Below, piece by piece: positions 1 through 10,326 of a stretch of 61,880 bases of DNA (the stretch's first letter is position 1; the number at the start of each line of letters is the position of its first letter). Source of the DNA: Chthonomonadales bacterium (GTDB taxonomy: Bacteria > Armatimonadota > Chthonomonadetes > Chthonomonadales > CAJBBX01); the NCBI GenBank assembly GCA_049967475.1, contig JBMFSQ010000016.1, positions 1 through 61,880 of the forward strand, given 5' to 3'. A model generated the notes under the pieces. The model did no database searches and was not told the origin of the DNA. It worked only from the letters and a program-made list of their open reading frames with translations. The position numbers were made by a program, and so were the translations under genes.

Positions 1-2
1 GT

Positions 3-52
3 ATCATAATGCATCCGCCGGGATTTGTCAAGGGGTCCGGCAAACTTTTTTT
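3..52 (-). promoter_or_regulatory. sigma70-type promoter firing off the left end of the window
   Basis: Minus strand TTGACA (31-26), 17 nt spacer, TATGAT (8-3), with an upstream A-tract (UP-element-like) at about 46-52. Confidence 0.7.
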
Positions 53-84
53 GGCCACTTTGCGCCCGGATGGTAGCGCCGCCC

Positions 85-627
85 ATGCAGGGTATGCAGT
101 TCGCTGAAGTAGGGGAGCCGCTTATCGCCCGTGCCGTGCTGCGGGCGAGGGTTCGGCGGCTGGCGGCCCAGATCACCCGCGATTACCGCGGCAGGGATCT
201 GCACCTCATCACCATCCTTCGGGGCGGCCTCTTCTTTCTGACCGACCTCGCGCGGGCGATCCCTCTCCCGCTGACGCTGGATTGCTTGGGCATCTCCAGC
301 TATTCCATGGGCGCAGGGGGTTCCGTGCGCATCACCAAAGATCTGGACGATTCCATCCGAGGGCGCCACGTTCTGATTGTAGAGGATATCATTGACACGG
401 GATTGACGCTGGCATATATCCGCAAGAATTTGCTGGTGCGCGAACCCGCTTCATTGCGCATCTGCACCCTGCTGGATCGGCCATACCGTCGCATCGCAGA
501 GATCCCTGTTGATTACGTAGGCTTCGAGATCCCGGACCTGTTCGTTGTAGGATATGGACTGGATTGGCGCGGCCGGTATCGAAACCTGCCCTACATCGCT
601 CCTCTTAAGGCGGAGGAAGGCACATAG
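85..627 (+). CDS. hpt: hypoxanthine phosphoribosyltransferase
   Basis: PRPP-binding motif VLIVEDIIDTGLTL, FVVGYGLD, RNLPYI; start uncertain (70/85/94). Confidence 0.95.
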   Translation: MQGMQFAEVGEPLIARAVLRARVRRLAAQITRDYRGRDLHLITILRGGLFFLTDLARAIPLPLTLDCLGISSYSMGAGGSVRITKDLDDSIRGRHVLIVEDIIDTGLTLAYIRKNLLVREPASLRICTLLDRPYRRIAEIPVDYVGFEIPDLFVVGYGLDWRGRYRNLPYIAPLKAEEGT

Positions 628-689
628 CGCCGAAGAGGCAGGAACCCAGCGCTCCGGCGGGGAACAGCCTTTTTCGAAGGAGCAACCCC

Positions 690-1916
690 ATGACGGAAAA
701 GATCTGCACGATCCTTTGGCTCATGTTGGCAACGGGATGGCCTGCACACAGCGCTCCCGCTGCGCCGCAACAGTATCGCATCCGTGTAACCGCAGGGCCG
801 CATGGATGCTATTCGGCGCCGGTACGGGTGAGGCTCGAGGTGCCCGGCAGTCCATCGCCGGCTGGAGTGCGGCTTTCATCAAAAGGCAGGACTGTGCCCG
901 CACAATTGGCCCGCACTCCTGGTGGGATCGAATTGACTTGGATTGTCGCCAATCTGAAACCCAGCGAGAGCAGAGATTACACGGCGCGGCTGGAGAACAC
1001 CGGCAATCACCCGCCGACGCCTAAAATGGCAGTGGTGCAGACAGGGCGCGACCTGGAGATCAGCGCCGGGGGTGAATTGATTGCACGCTACGATGCTACC
1101 CACGGACCCAACAAGCCGTACTTCTTCCCGCTCAACGCGCCGGGCGGCAGGACCATTGTGCGCTCGTGGCCTGTGGAACAAGGATCCCCGGCATCATCGC
1201 ACGACCATCCCCATCACCGGGGTCTGTGGTTCACTCACGGTGATGTGAACGGCGTGGACTATTGGTCCGAAGGCAAAGGAACCGGCAGTACCCGCTGCCG
1301 GGGTTACGAGGATCTGGAGAGTGGGCCTGTTTACGCGCATTTCCGTACAGGCACTGATTGGGTGGATCCATCCGGGAAAAAGGTAGCTGAAGATGTGCGC
1401 GATGTTACAGTCTACGACACTCCGGCGGGATGGCTGATGGATTTCAACGTCACGGTGCATCCGTCGAACGGTCCGCTGACCTTTGGAGACACAAAGGAAG
1501 GATCCTTCGGATTGCGTGTGGCCGACACAATGCGCGTAACCGGAGGGAACGGCCACATTCTCACTTCTGCCGGAGTGACGGATCGGATGGCGTGGGGTAC
1601 CCGCGCGGACTGGGTTGACTATTACGGACCCGTGGGCGGAGCCGAAATCGGCATTGCCATCATGGACCACCCTCAGAACCTGAGGCACCCAACCTACTGG
1701 CATGTGCGCGATTATGGCCTGTTCGCAGCGAATCCCTTCGGCATTCACGAATTCGTAAAGGGAGCCGCACCGCATTCCGGCGACTTTACCCTTCAACCCG
1801 GTTCCCAGCTCACACTGCGGTACCGGGTCCTGCTGCACAAAGGGGGCCCGGAACAAGCCCACGTACCGGACGTTTGGTGGGACTATGCGGAGCCCCCTAC
1901 TGTGAGCGTTAGGTGA
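690..1916 (+). CDS. exported DUF6807/PmoA-like family protein
   Basis: Signal peptide; DHPHHRGLWFTHGDVNGVDYW and HPTYWHVRDYGLFAANPFG motifs typical of this family; RBS AAGGAG upstream. Confidence 0.8.
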   Translation: MTEKICTILWLMLATGWPAHSAPAAPQQYRIRVTAGPHGCYSAPVRVRLEVPGSPSPAGVRLSSKGRTVPAQLARTPGGIELTWIVANLKPSESRDYTARLENTGNHPPTPKMAVVQTGRDLEISAGGELIARYDATHGPNKPYFFPLNAPGGRTIVRSWPVEQGSPASSHDHPHHRGLWFTHGDVNGVDYWSEGKGTGSTRCRGYEDLESGPVYAHFRTGTDWVDPSGKKVAEDVRDVTVYDTPAGWLMDFNVTVHPSNGPLTFGDTKEGSFGLRVADTMRVTGGNGHILTSAGVTDRMAWGTRADWVDYYGPVGGAEIGIAIMDHPQNLRHPTYWHVRDYGLFAANPFGIHEFVKGAAPHSGDFTLQPGSQLTLRYRVLLHKGGPEQAHVPDVWWDYAEPPTVSVR

Positions 1917-1986
1917 TGCCTCTTTACACACAAGCAAACGTTCCCTATGCCGGAGATGCCCCCGCCGGTACCAAGGGGATAGGCAC

Positions 1987-3378
1987 ATGAGCGCAGACAT
2001 ACGGAACGAGCGCCGGGACCGGCCTGCACGGTGGTACCAAGGCGTGGACCGGTATGCGTGGCTGGTTCTTATCGTCTGCGCGTTGGGCTGGCTGTTCGAC
2101 ACCATGGACCAGAACCTGTTCAATCTGGTTCGCCAGCCCTCCGTGCGTGAGCTCATCGCCCATAAGGTCCCCGCGCAAAGCCTGGACGCCGCGGCAAAGG
2201 ACGTCGGGGCCCAAATCACGGCTATCTTCCTCCTGGGCTGGGCCGCCGGCGGCTTTCTCTTTGGCGTCGTTGGGGATCGCTTGGGCCGCACACGCACGAT
2301 GATGCTCACCATCGCAACCTACGCCGCATTCACGGGTCTCAATGCGTTGGTGCGCACTCCGGCGGAGTACGCCCTGTGCCGCTTCCTTACTGCTTTAGGG
2401 GTAGGAGGTGAGTTTGCAGCAGGCGCCGCTTTGGTTGCCGAAGTGTGGCCGGAAAAATCGCGGCCCATGGCTTTGGGGACGCTCCAGGCTTTATCTGCCG
2501 TGGGGAATATGGCCGCGGCCCTCATTACGGCTGCCCTGAGTGCTGTCAGTTGGCGGTGGGTCTTCGTTGTAGGTGCAGCTCCGGCGTTGTTGGTTGTATG
2601 GATCCAAGCGAGCCTCCGAGAGCCGGATCGGTGGCGGAAAGCCAAGGAAGCAGCCGCTTCGGACGCGGCCAAGCGCGAGCTGGGGAGCATCGCCGCACTG
2701 TTCCGTGACCCGACCCTTCGCACCAATACGATCGCCGGTGTGCTCATGGCGCTGGCGGGTGTAGGGGGATTGTGGGGCGTGGGCTTCTTCATGCCCGACC
2801 TGGTAGGATCCACGCTGAAACCGATCCTGCGGCAGGCGCCCGGTGTCGCCGCGCTTTCACCAAACCAGCAGGATGAAGCCGTCAAGCATGCGCTCCAATG
2901 GTACCGAAGCACCAGTTTTTTCATCCAACAAGTTGGAGCCTTCCTGGGCATGTTTGCCTATGCTGCCCTCAGCCAGCGCACAGGGCGCAGGCCGGCGCTG
3001 GCTCTGTTCCTCGTATTGGCCTTCGCATCGGTAGAGGGAGCGTTTTGGGGCACCCGATCGGTCGTTACCGCACATCTCTGGGCATTCCCGCTGGGGTTCT
3101 GCGCTCTCGCGCCCTTCTCGGCCTATGCAGTCTATTTCCCGGAGCTCTTTCCCACGCGATTGCGCGCTACCGGCGTAGGCTTCTGCTACAACTGCGGGCG
3201 CATCCTTGCATCCGTAGCGCCCTTTACCCTAGGCAAGCTTTCGACGGTGTTCGCCAATCCATCGGATGAAGCAGCAGGCATGCGCACCGCTGCGAGCATC
3301 GTCGCCTTTGTCTATTTTGTGGGATTGATCGGCGTCAAGCTCGCACCCGAGACACGAGACCAGCCTTTGCCCGAATGA
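1987..3378 (+). CDS. MFS transporter
   Basis: About 12 hydrophobic segments, GVVGDRLGRTR motif A, GVGGEF, PELFPTRLRATG. Confidence 0.93.
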   Translation: MSADIRNERRDRPARWYQGVDRYAWLVLIVCALGWLFDTMDQNLFNLVRQPSVRELIAHKVPAQSLDAAAKDVGAQITAIFLLGWAAGGFLFGVVGDRLGRTRTMMLTIATYAAFTGLNALVRTPAEYALCRFLTALGVGGEFAAGAALVAEVWPEKSRPMALGTLQALSAVGNMAAALITAALSAVSWRWVFVVGAAPALLVVWIQASLREPDRWRKAKEAAASDAAKRELGSIAALFRDPTLRTNTIAGVLMALAGVGGLWGVGFFMPDLVGSTLKPILRQAPGVAALSPNQQDEAVKHALQWYRSTSFFIQQVGAFLGMFAYAALSQRTGRRPALALFLVLAFASVEGAFWGTRSVVTAHLWAFPLGFCALAPFSAYAVYFPELFPTRLRATGVGFCYNCGRILASVAPFTLGKLSTVFANPSDEAAGMRTAASIVAFVYFVGLIGVKLAPETRDQPLPE

Positions 3379-3959
3379 AGGCGGCCCAATCGCCAAGGAG
3401 GGAACACGATGAAGAGGGACACGGGGTGACGATACGCCCAGCCGGGCCGCACGATGTGGAGGCAATCGCCCGCATCGTACGATCCTCGTACCAGCGGCTG
3501 CCTCCGGATCACATTCCCTACGAGATGCCGCTCTACCATGCCGAGCACCACGCCCAGCGTATGGAGGATGCGGCGACACGGTGGGCTTTGCTCTGCGACC
3601 AGGGACAGCCGGCGGGGATCGCAATGTGGAGGATGCTGCCGGGTTTGGCACACTTGCACATGCTCTTTGTGGATGCGGCTTACCAGGGACGCGGATACGG
3701 CGTGAGGCTCCTCCGCCATCACCAGCAAGAAGCCCGAGCCGAACAGCCTACCGTCCGCCTCTTCACGCTCCACTGTTTACGGGGTTCTTATTGGGCCATG
3801 CGCTTCTACCGGCATCAGGGATATACGCTGTACGAACCGGGTGACGAAGGGCACGTTACGGAGCTAGTATTGTGGATTGACGCGTGTCGGCGGCACGATA
3901 ACGGCTGGCCGCTTCGCAGCGATAAGTGCTTATGGTACAAACGGGCCGGCAGGGAGTGA
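3375..3959 (+). CDS. GNAT family N-acetyltransferase
   Basis: LFVDAAYQGRGYG acetyl-CoA motif A and AMRFYRHQGY; ATGA overlap with the MFS gene. Confidence 0.85.
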   Translation: MKAAQSPRREHDEEGHGVTIRPAGPHDVEAIARIVRSSYQRLPPDHIPYEMPLYHAEHHAQRMEDAATRWALLCDQGQPAGIAMWRMLPGLAHLHMLFVDAAYQGRGYGVRLLRHHQQEARAEQPTVRLFTLHCLRGSYWAMRFYRHQGYTLYEPGDEGHVTELVLWIDACRRHDNGWPLRSDKCLWYKRAGRE

Positions 3960-3965
3960 AGGCGG

Positions 3966-4838
3966 ATGCGGTGCGAAACACTAACTCGAAGGGACGTGCT
4001 GCGTATGGCTGCGGCACCTTGGGCAGCAGCAGCCTTCCCGCACTTCGCCTTCAATAACGGGAGCAGCACCATGAAGCTTGGCATCGTAACCTATAATGTG
4101 GCTAAGAATTGGGATCTGGACACGATCCTGACCGTATGCCGGCAAGTGGGCATAGACGGCGTGGAGTTCCGCACCTCGCACCGGCACGGCGTGGAGCCGT
4201 CACTCTCCAAACAACAACGGGCCGAAGTGCGGGCGAAGTGCCGCGATGCAGGTCTTCGCCAGATCAGTTTGGGATCCGTATGCGAATTCCAGTCCCCCGA
4301 CCCGCACGTGGTGGAACAGAACATCGCCACATGCCGCAGCTTTGTGGAATTGGCGCGGGATATCGGGGCTCGTGGGGTGAAGGTGCGGCCGAACGGAGCG
4401 CCAAAGGATGTCCCTCTTGAAAAGACCCTTCGACAGATCGGCGAAGCTCTGCGCACTTGTGGAGGCATCGCAGCCGACCACGGCGTGGAGATCTGGCTCG
4501 AGGTGCACGGGCCCGTGACGAGCCTTTGCCCGAATGTGCGCAAGATCATGGAGTACTGCAATCATCCCAGCGTAGGGGTTACGTGGAATTCCAATCCGTC
4601 CGACGTAGTGGGCGGGTCTGTGCGCCCTTCCGTGGAACTGCTGAGACCCTATATCCGGTGTTGCCATATCAACGACTTGTGGGGTGATTACCCGTACCGT
4701 GAACTCTTCGCAATCCTTCGTCAGACCGGGTATGAAGGGTATACCCTTTGCGAGGTGGGCATCACCATAGCACCGGAGGACGGAGTTCCCTTCCTCCGGT
4801 GCTACCAAGGTCTGTGGCGCGAGTTAACGCGCATCTGA
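3966..4838 (+). CDS. sugar phosphate isomerase/epimerase (xylose isomerase-like TIM barrel), possible Tat signal
   Basis: TRRDVL twin-arginine-like motif; GIDGVEFR, IWLEVHG, CHIND, YTLCE metal-ligand pattern. Confidence 0.85.
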   Translation: MRCETLTRRDVLRMAAAPWAAAAFPHFAFNNGSSTMKLGIVTYNVAKNWDLDTILTVCRQVGIDGVEFRTSHRHGVEPSLSKQQRAEVRAKCRDAGLRQISLGSVCEFQSPDPHVVEQNIATCRSFVELARDIGARGVKVRPNGAPKDVPLEKTLRQIGEALRTCGGIAADHGVEIWLEVHGPVTSLCPNVRKIMEYCNHPSVGVTWNSNPSDVVGGSVRPSVELLRPYIRCCHINDLWGDYPYRELFAILRQTGYEGYTLCEVGITIAPEDGVPFLRCYQGLWRELTRI

Positions 4839-5201
4839 TTGAAGCGGCATGCGCACTACGAGGTCGCCTTCGCGGAGGCCGCAGCGTTCAATCGTGCCAA
4901 TGGGCGCCTCGATGGTGATATAGCCGCCGCGGGCAGGTAGAAGGATGCGGTTGGGTTGCACGGCACGGTACAGGCGCACGATGCGCAGCGTCCGATCCAG
5001 TGTAAGCACATCAAGGGGGAAGCGCATCCCGAACGTGTGGATGCCGTTACATGGTTCCAGCCAGAGCGCCTCGCCCGGCTCCAGACGCGTGCGGCCGATC
5101 AGCCCCTTGATGCGTGCGCCCAACGATCCGGCGATCACGGCGCGGCTTGCGATCTGTACGCCGCTTGCCGCGTGAAGCAGTCTAAAAGAATGGTTTCCCA
5201 T
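4824..5201 (-). CDS. DUF192 domain protein
   Basis: RIKGLIGR...LWLEPCNGIHTFGMRFPLDVL..D motif; start taken at MGNHSF. Confidence 0.85.
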   Translation of the reverse strand: MGNHSFRLLHAASGVQIASRAVIAGSLGARIKGLIGRTRLEPGEALWLEPCNGIHTFGMRFPLDVLTLDRTLRIVRLYRAVQPNRILLPARGGYITIEAPIGTIERCGLREGDLVVRMPLQSDAR

Positions 5202-5259
5202 GCTCACGCTTCTTCGCCGCCACTGGAATACCCTGCATCGCTCCCAAGCGCCGGACGAC

Positions 5260-7815
5260 ATGGTTCGTCCGGCCGCAATGTTGGACGGTACTCTTGGCAC
5301 ATTCGGTTTCTGGTGCGTCGCGCTTTCCGGCATCGGCCTCTATGCATTTGCGCGAACGCTCATGAGCGGACCTATCGCCGCCATCACCCTATTCCACCTG
5401 GGCGGAGGCATTGCCTTCACGCTGTGGCTGGCCCTCCGCAGACCCTGGGCTCCTCGGCATGCGGCGGATCAGCGGGAGGCCTGCCTCTGGGCATCCGTCG
5501 TTGCTGCCTCGGCGACGGGGTGCCTTTTGATAATTATGGCACTCCTCGGCAGGAGTGTCGGAACCGCCCCAGGGCTGTTTTACCTTCACCTGGGGGCAGG
5601 CATAGTGGCTTCGGCTGCTGCTGCCTGGCGGTGGAGAGCATCCATAAGGGGCCCGGGGGTTGCGAGGATTGCTTTGGCCGCATTGGTCTTTCTGGCAGCG
5701 GGCATCACACTGGGACGCTGCTACGATGCAGAAGAGTATTACCGGCGCATCACCTCTACCAATTCCGTGCAAGCAAAGGATGCCCTCTTTCCCTCTGGAG
5801 CTGAGATCACAAGGCCTCGCGATTGGCGCAGGGCCGTGCCGGCCGGCGGATGTACGCGCACAGGCTGTCACGAAGCCGTGGGGCAATCCTGGCGGTTATC
5901 CGCCCACTTCTTCTCGACGACCACTCCCACGTACCTCACGGCTGAGGCGTACGCTCTCCGAAGAGACGGAGCGGCAACCGTGCGATGGTGTCGCGGCTGC
6001 CACGCACCGTTGCAGAGAATGGCTCCCTCCGAGCGGGGTGTGGGCTGCCTCACCTGTCATGCTATGTGCCGCGTGCCCGATGCCATGGGCAACGGATCGG
6101 CGTGGTATGCACCCCCTGCGATTTACCCATTTGCCGGTGATAGAGGCGGAGCCGGGCGCTGGACGCACGATTTTCTGCTGCGCGTGCGGCCCGAGCCCCA
6201 CCGGTTTGCGCTTCGGGGTCCTTCTCCTTCACCGGCCGCAGCGGTAACGTGCCTCCCTTGCCACCGCTTGGGGGTGAACATCCCGCAGAACCATTACCGG
6301 TACCTCCATTACGATGACACCTGGATGGACTGGCAGAATGGCCCATGGTCCGGGCGCACGCTGCATACGTTCGAGGCCGCGCCTTCCATCCGTTCCTGCA
6401 CCGATTGCCACTCCTCCGGCGTGCGGGTGAAGGATCCGAGCGGAAGCGCTCCCAGCCACGCGTTCGGTTTGGGACCGCCCATCGGAGCCGACAGTATGGA
6501 GGAGCGCCTCTCCCGCTTGAAGCAGTCTCTGCACGTGGAGATCTTCGCAGTAAAGGCAGCAGGCGACACGAGGGACCGGCAGGCGGTGGTGGCGGCCCCG
6601 GCAGGAAGCGTTCCCGTTGCCGTGGCGCCGGGCGAGCAGATTGTGGCCGACGTTCTCGTGGAGAGCCGTGGGATTGGCCATGCGTTCCCCACAGGCGAGC
6701 CGGATCTCAGTGAAATGTGGCTGGATCTGCGGATCCTAACCCCCTCGGGTCGTGTCGTGCTGCAAAGCGGTCTGGGGCCCGCGGCCGGCTTCTCAGGTCG
6801 TGACGCCCATACCTATGGCCTCGTGGCGCTGGACCGAGAGGCGAAGAGGCTGCATGGAGCAAACGTGTTCGAAATGGTAGCATCGGCGTATCAGCGGGTG
6901 CGGGGTACAGGCCAGGCGGATCCGCCTCGCTATCGGTGCCTTTTGCCCGATGTGGGGGATGTGGCGCGCTATCGCTTGCGCGTCCCCGGCCACGCCGGCG
7001 GTAGCCTTATCATGGATGCCCGCCTCTGGTACCGACCGGTGAATCGGGTCTTGGCAGCCTGGGTCCTGAATGGAGCGGGCAGAGGCGCCCGCGCTGCAAA
7101 GTTGACGCGTGCGGATGCTGCAGTTGTAGCAGAGCATCGGGTAACTCTGCGCGTCGGGCCGCGAGGTCCAACACCGGCGGTAGGCATAGCTCCACGACGT
7201 TGGTTCGCCTACGGGGCCGCTCTTCTCGTGCAGAAGGACACGGCTCGAGCTCGGGCAGCCTTTCAAGTTGCGCGAGATCAGGCGCCTTCGTGGCCGGATG
7301 CCTGGATTGCTCTCGGGCGGGCATATCTCGAGGAGGGCGACTTGCTGGCTGCGCGCTCGCACCTGCTCAAAGCGATGCAGCTCGAGCCCAACAATCTGCG
7401 GGCTCAGGTTTGGCTGGGTCGGGTATACCGTTTGATGGGGCGCTATGACGAGGCTCTGCGGATCCTTCGACCCCTGGCGCGGGACTTCCCAATGGATCGT
7501 CTCACCTGGCTGGATATCGGTTTGTGCCTGCTTCAGCGGGATCAGCTTGCCCAAGCCGCAGAAGCCTTCCGCCAGATGCTCAATGCGGATCCCAACGACG
7601 CCGTAGCCCATTTCAACCTCATGCAGTGCAGCCGCCGCCTTCTGCATATATCGGATGCACGAAGGGAAGAGGTGATTTACCGCATCCTTCAAGAGAGTGA
7701 CGCGCCTGTGACGCTGCTCCAGAATTACGCTCGCGCCCATCCCGAGGAATATCGTGAAAGCCAGCCCATTCACGAGCACATCCTCACAGCACCGAACCTT
7801 CAGAAGTCGCGATGA
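5260..7815 (+). CDS. membrane-anchored multiheme c-type cytochrome with C-terminal TPR repeats
   Basis: N-terminal TM helices; CRGCH, CLTCH, CLPCH, CTDCH and an atypical CTRTGCH; GHAFPTG; TPRs in the last ~200 aa; start uncertain (5200/5260/5278). Confidence 0.8.
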   Translation: MVRPAAMLDGTLGTFGFWCVALSGIGLYAFARTLMSGPIAAITLFHLGGGIAFTLWLALRRPWAPRHAADQREACLWASVVAASATGCLLIIMALLGRSVGTAPGLFYLHLGAGIVASAAAAWRWRASIRGPGVARIALAALVFLAAGITLGRCYDAEEYYRRITSTNSVQAKDALFPSGAEITRPRDWRRAVPAGGCTRTGCHEAVGQSWRLSAHFFSTTTPTYLTAEAYALRRDGAATVRWCRGCHAPLQRMAPSERGVGCLTCHAMCRVPDAMGNGSAWYAPPAIYPFAGDRGGAGRWTHDFLLRVRPEPHRFALRGPSPSPAAAVTCLPCHRLGVNIPQNHYRYLHYDDTWMDWQNGPWSGRTLHTFEAAPSIRSCTDCHSSGVRVKDPSGSAPSHAFGLGPPIGADSMEERLSRLKQSLHVEIFAVKAAGDTRDRQAVVAAPAGSVPVAVAPGEQIVADVLVESRGIGHAFPTGEPDLSEMWLDLRILTPSGRVVLQSGLGPAAGFSGRDAHTYGLVALDREAKRLHGANVFEMVASAYQRVRGTGQADPPRYRCLLPDVGDVARYRLRVPGHAGGSLIMDARLWYRPVNRVLAAWVLNGAGRGARAAKLTRADAAVVAEHRVTLRVGPRGPTPAVGIAPRRWFAYGAALLVQKDTARARAAFQVARDQAPSWPDAWIALGRAYLEEGDLLAARSHLLKAMQLEPNNLRAQVWLGRVYRLMGRYDEALRILRPLARDFPMDRLTWLDIGLCLLQRDQLAQAAEAFRQMLNADPNDAVAHFNLMQCSRRLLHISDARREEVIYRILQESDAPVTLLQNYARAHPEEYRESQPIHEHILTAPNLQKSR

Positions 7816-9587
7816 CACCCCGCACCGATCAGCGCCGCCGCATCTGGAGTGTCGCCCTGCTCTGGGCGGCTGCCACGGTGGGATGCGGGCGCCAGCCGGC
7901 AGGCACAACGGCAACACCTAGTGTACCGCCGGTGATCTTCCGCGACGTCACGGAGCAGGCAGGCATCCGCTTCACCGCCGTCAACGGAGCCTGGGGCGCC
8001 AAGTACCTCCCCGAAACCATGGGGAGCGGATGCGCCTTCCTGGATTACGACAACGACGGTAGGGAGGACATCCTGCTGGTGAATGGAGATTACTGGCCCG
8101 GCCGTCCGCACCCAGACCGGCCGACTATGCGCCTCTACCATAACGAAGGTAACGGACACTTTCGCGATGTGACGCGCGAGGCGGGGCTTGACGTGGAAAT
8201 GTACGGCATGGGCGTTGCCGTGGGCGATTACGACAATGACGGTTACGACGACGTTTACATAACCGGGGTGGGAAGCAGCCGGCTGTTCCACAATGAGGCG
8301 GGCCCAAGGGGAACCCGGCGCTTCCACGACGTAACCAAGCGGGCCGGCGTCGAGAGCCCGGGATGGGCTACCAGTGCTACCTGGTTCGACTATGACCGCG
8401 ACGGCCGCCTGGATCTCTTCGTATGCCACTATGTGCAATGGTCGCCTCAAACCAATCTGTTCTACAGCATAGACGGCGTTCACAAGTCTTACTCGACGCC
8501 GGAGCAATACCGTGGCGAGACCTGCCGGTTGTACCACAACGAGGGCGGCGGCCGTTTCCGCGACGTTACGCGAAGCGCCTCGATTTACAATGAACGGTCC
8601 AAGGCCTTGGGCGTCGTGTCCTTTGACTTCGATCAGGACGGCTGGCCGGATCTGCTGGTGACCAACGACACCGAGCCCAACTTCCTCTTCCACAATCAGA
8701 CCGGCAAAGGTTTCAAGGAAGTGGCGTTGGAGAAGGGCATCGCCGTGTCGGAGATGGGGCGAGCGAAGGCCGGCATGGGTGTAGATATCGGCGACGATCG
8801 CAACGACGGACAAGACACCATCGTAGTCACGAACTTTTCCGGGGAGCAGGCCTCCCTGTACCGCCGAGACCCCGGCGGCGTTTATCTGGATGCAGCCGCG
8901 CAAAGCGGCATCGGAACGGCGAGCCAATACTATCTGGGCTTTGGTGTGCTCTTCTTCGATTACGACGGCGACGGATGGCTGGACCTGTTGGTGGCGAACG
9001 GCCACATCCAGGGCGATGTGGAAGTCCGCCGGACCGGCGTAATGTACCGAGAGCCGGCGCTTCTGCTGCGCAATACGGGCGGGGGCGTCTACAAAGACGT
9101 TACGACGAGCACCGGTGGGGCGCTGGCGATGCCACAAATCGGTCGGGGCGCCGCGTGGGGCGATTATGACAACGATGGGCACCCCGACCTACTCTTCACT
9201 TCCAACCCGGGGGATCCGGAAGGCGCCCGAACAGGATTGGACGGCAAGGCGCGACTGCTATGGAATGACAACCGCACAGGCAACGCCTGGCTGAGGTTGC
9301 GTCTGGAAGGCACCGTTTCCAACCGCGACGCTTTCGGGGCGCGCGTGCGGGTACGGGCCGGCGGGAAAGTTCTTTCGGGTACCGTGAAGGCCGGGTGCAG
9401 CTATCTTTCCCAAAGCGACCGCCGCCTGCTCTTTGGGTTGGGGCATGTGGAGCGGGTGGACGCCATCGAGGTGCTTTGGCCCAGCGGCCGCGTCCAAAGC
9501 TTCGGACCGGTGGAGGCCCGACGATCCTACGCCCTGCGCGAAGGCGGGGCCCTTGGCGAGGATCCTCAGCTCACCCGCGCTCGGTAG
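7812..9587 (+). CDS. CRTAC1-family lipoprotein (FG-GAP/VCBS repeats + ASPIC/UnbV)
   Basis: Lipobox-like TVGC; repeated DYDNDG/DFDQDG; C-terminal NRDAFGARV..GCSYLSQSD..LLFGLG. Confidence 0.9.
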   Translation: MTPRTDQRRRIWSVALLWAAATVGCGRQPAGTTATPSVPPVIFRDVTEQAGIRFTAVNGAWGAKYLPETMGSGCAFLDYDNDGREDILLVNGDYWPGRPHPDRPTMRLYHNEGNGHFRDVTREAGLDVEMYGMGVAVGDYDNDGYDDVYITGVGSSRLFHNEAGPRGTRRFHDVTKRAGVESPGWATSATWFDYDRDGRLDLFVCHYVQWSPQTNLFYSIDGVHKSYSTPEQYRGETCRLYHNEGGGRFRDVTRSASIYNERSKALGVVSFDFDQDGWPDLLVTNDTEPNFLFHNQTGKGFKEVALEKGIAVSEMGRAKAGMGVDIGDDRNDGQDTIVVTNFSGEQASLYRRDPGGVYLDAAAQSGIGTASQYYLGFGVLFFDYDGDGWLDLLVANGHIQGDVEVRRTGVMYREPALLLRNTGGGVYKDVTTSTGGALAMPQIGRGAAWGDYDNDGHPDLLFTSNPGDPEGARTGLDGKARLLWNDNRTGNAWLRLRLEGTVSNRDAFGARVRVRAGGKVLSGTVKAGCSYLSQSDRRLLFGLGHVERVDAIEVLWPSGRVQSFGPVEARRSYALREGGALGEDPQLTRAR

Positions 9588-10320
9588 CATAGGGACCCGT
9601 GACGCCGCGGAAACTGCGGTCCAGCCAATCCGCAACGACACCCCGCGAGCGATCCGGCGCCTCGAGATGGTTGGCATCTATTTCCACGAATTGCGCCCCA
9701 GGCCCGCACCGGTCTGCGAGAAGGCGCACACGGACCGGTTTCACCATTCCATCCGCGGCAGCCGCCACGAAAAGAGCGGGGCGTGTACCCAGACCCCTCC
9801 ATTCCTGCATGAGCCGATCCCATCCCCGGAAAACCTCCAAGGGCGGAGCGCCTTCTACGTAGTCCGCTCGTTGGGAAAGCATGGCGAGCCCCATGGGACG
9901 ATGAAAGCTTGCCGTGGGCGCAGGCCCGGCGGCGATGGCCGCAACTCCCAAGACGTCCGGGCGCCGTTCGGCCAAAACCAGTGCGGCGAGCCCTCCGATG
10001 GAGTGCCCGGCCAGGACACAGCCCGTAACGCCGCTCAACCCGAGGGCCCAATCCGCCGCAGCGCCTAGATCCTCGAGGGCATCTTCGGCCCGCTCCATGG
10101 TACCGGTGGAAGCTCCCAGCTTATGCCCGCGGAAGTCGAAGGTGAGGCACCAATATCCCCGCGCACAAATATAGGCGGCGAGGAGGTCCACAGACGCTTT
10201 CGAGGCGGTGTAGCCATGGGCGATCACCACAGCCGCGTGGCACAGCAATCGCCGCGGATGGTACAAGAGCCCGCACAAGAGGGCGCCGCGGCTGGGAATG
10301 GCGAGGCGTTCCAGCTTCAT
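9571..10320 (-). CDS. alpha/beta hydrolase
   Basis: IAHGY, FDFRGH, GHSIGG nucleophile elbow. Confidence 0.85.
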   Translation of the reverse strand: MKLERLAIPSRGALLCGLLYHPRRLLCHAAVVIAHGYTASKASVDLLAAYICARGYWCLTFDFRGHKLGASTGTMERAEDALEDLGAAADWALGLSGVTGCVLAGHSIGGLAALVLAERRPDVLGVAAIAAGPAPTASFHRPMGLAMLSQRADYVEGAPPLEVFRGWDRLMQEWRGLGTRPALFVAAAADGMVKPVRVRLLADRCGPGAQFVEIDANHLEAPDRSRGVVADWLDRSFRGVTGPYATERG

Positions 10321-10326
10321 AAGGGG

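Noticed and set aside
690..1916. Methane monooxygenase subunit (the family is often labelled PmoA)
   Set aside because: This is a soluble exported protein in a sugar-catabolism context with no pmoB/pmoC; the family name is misleading.
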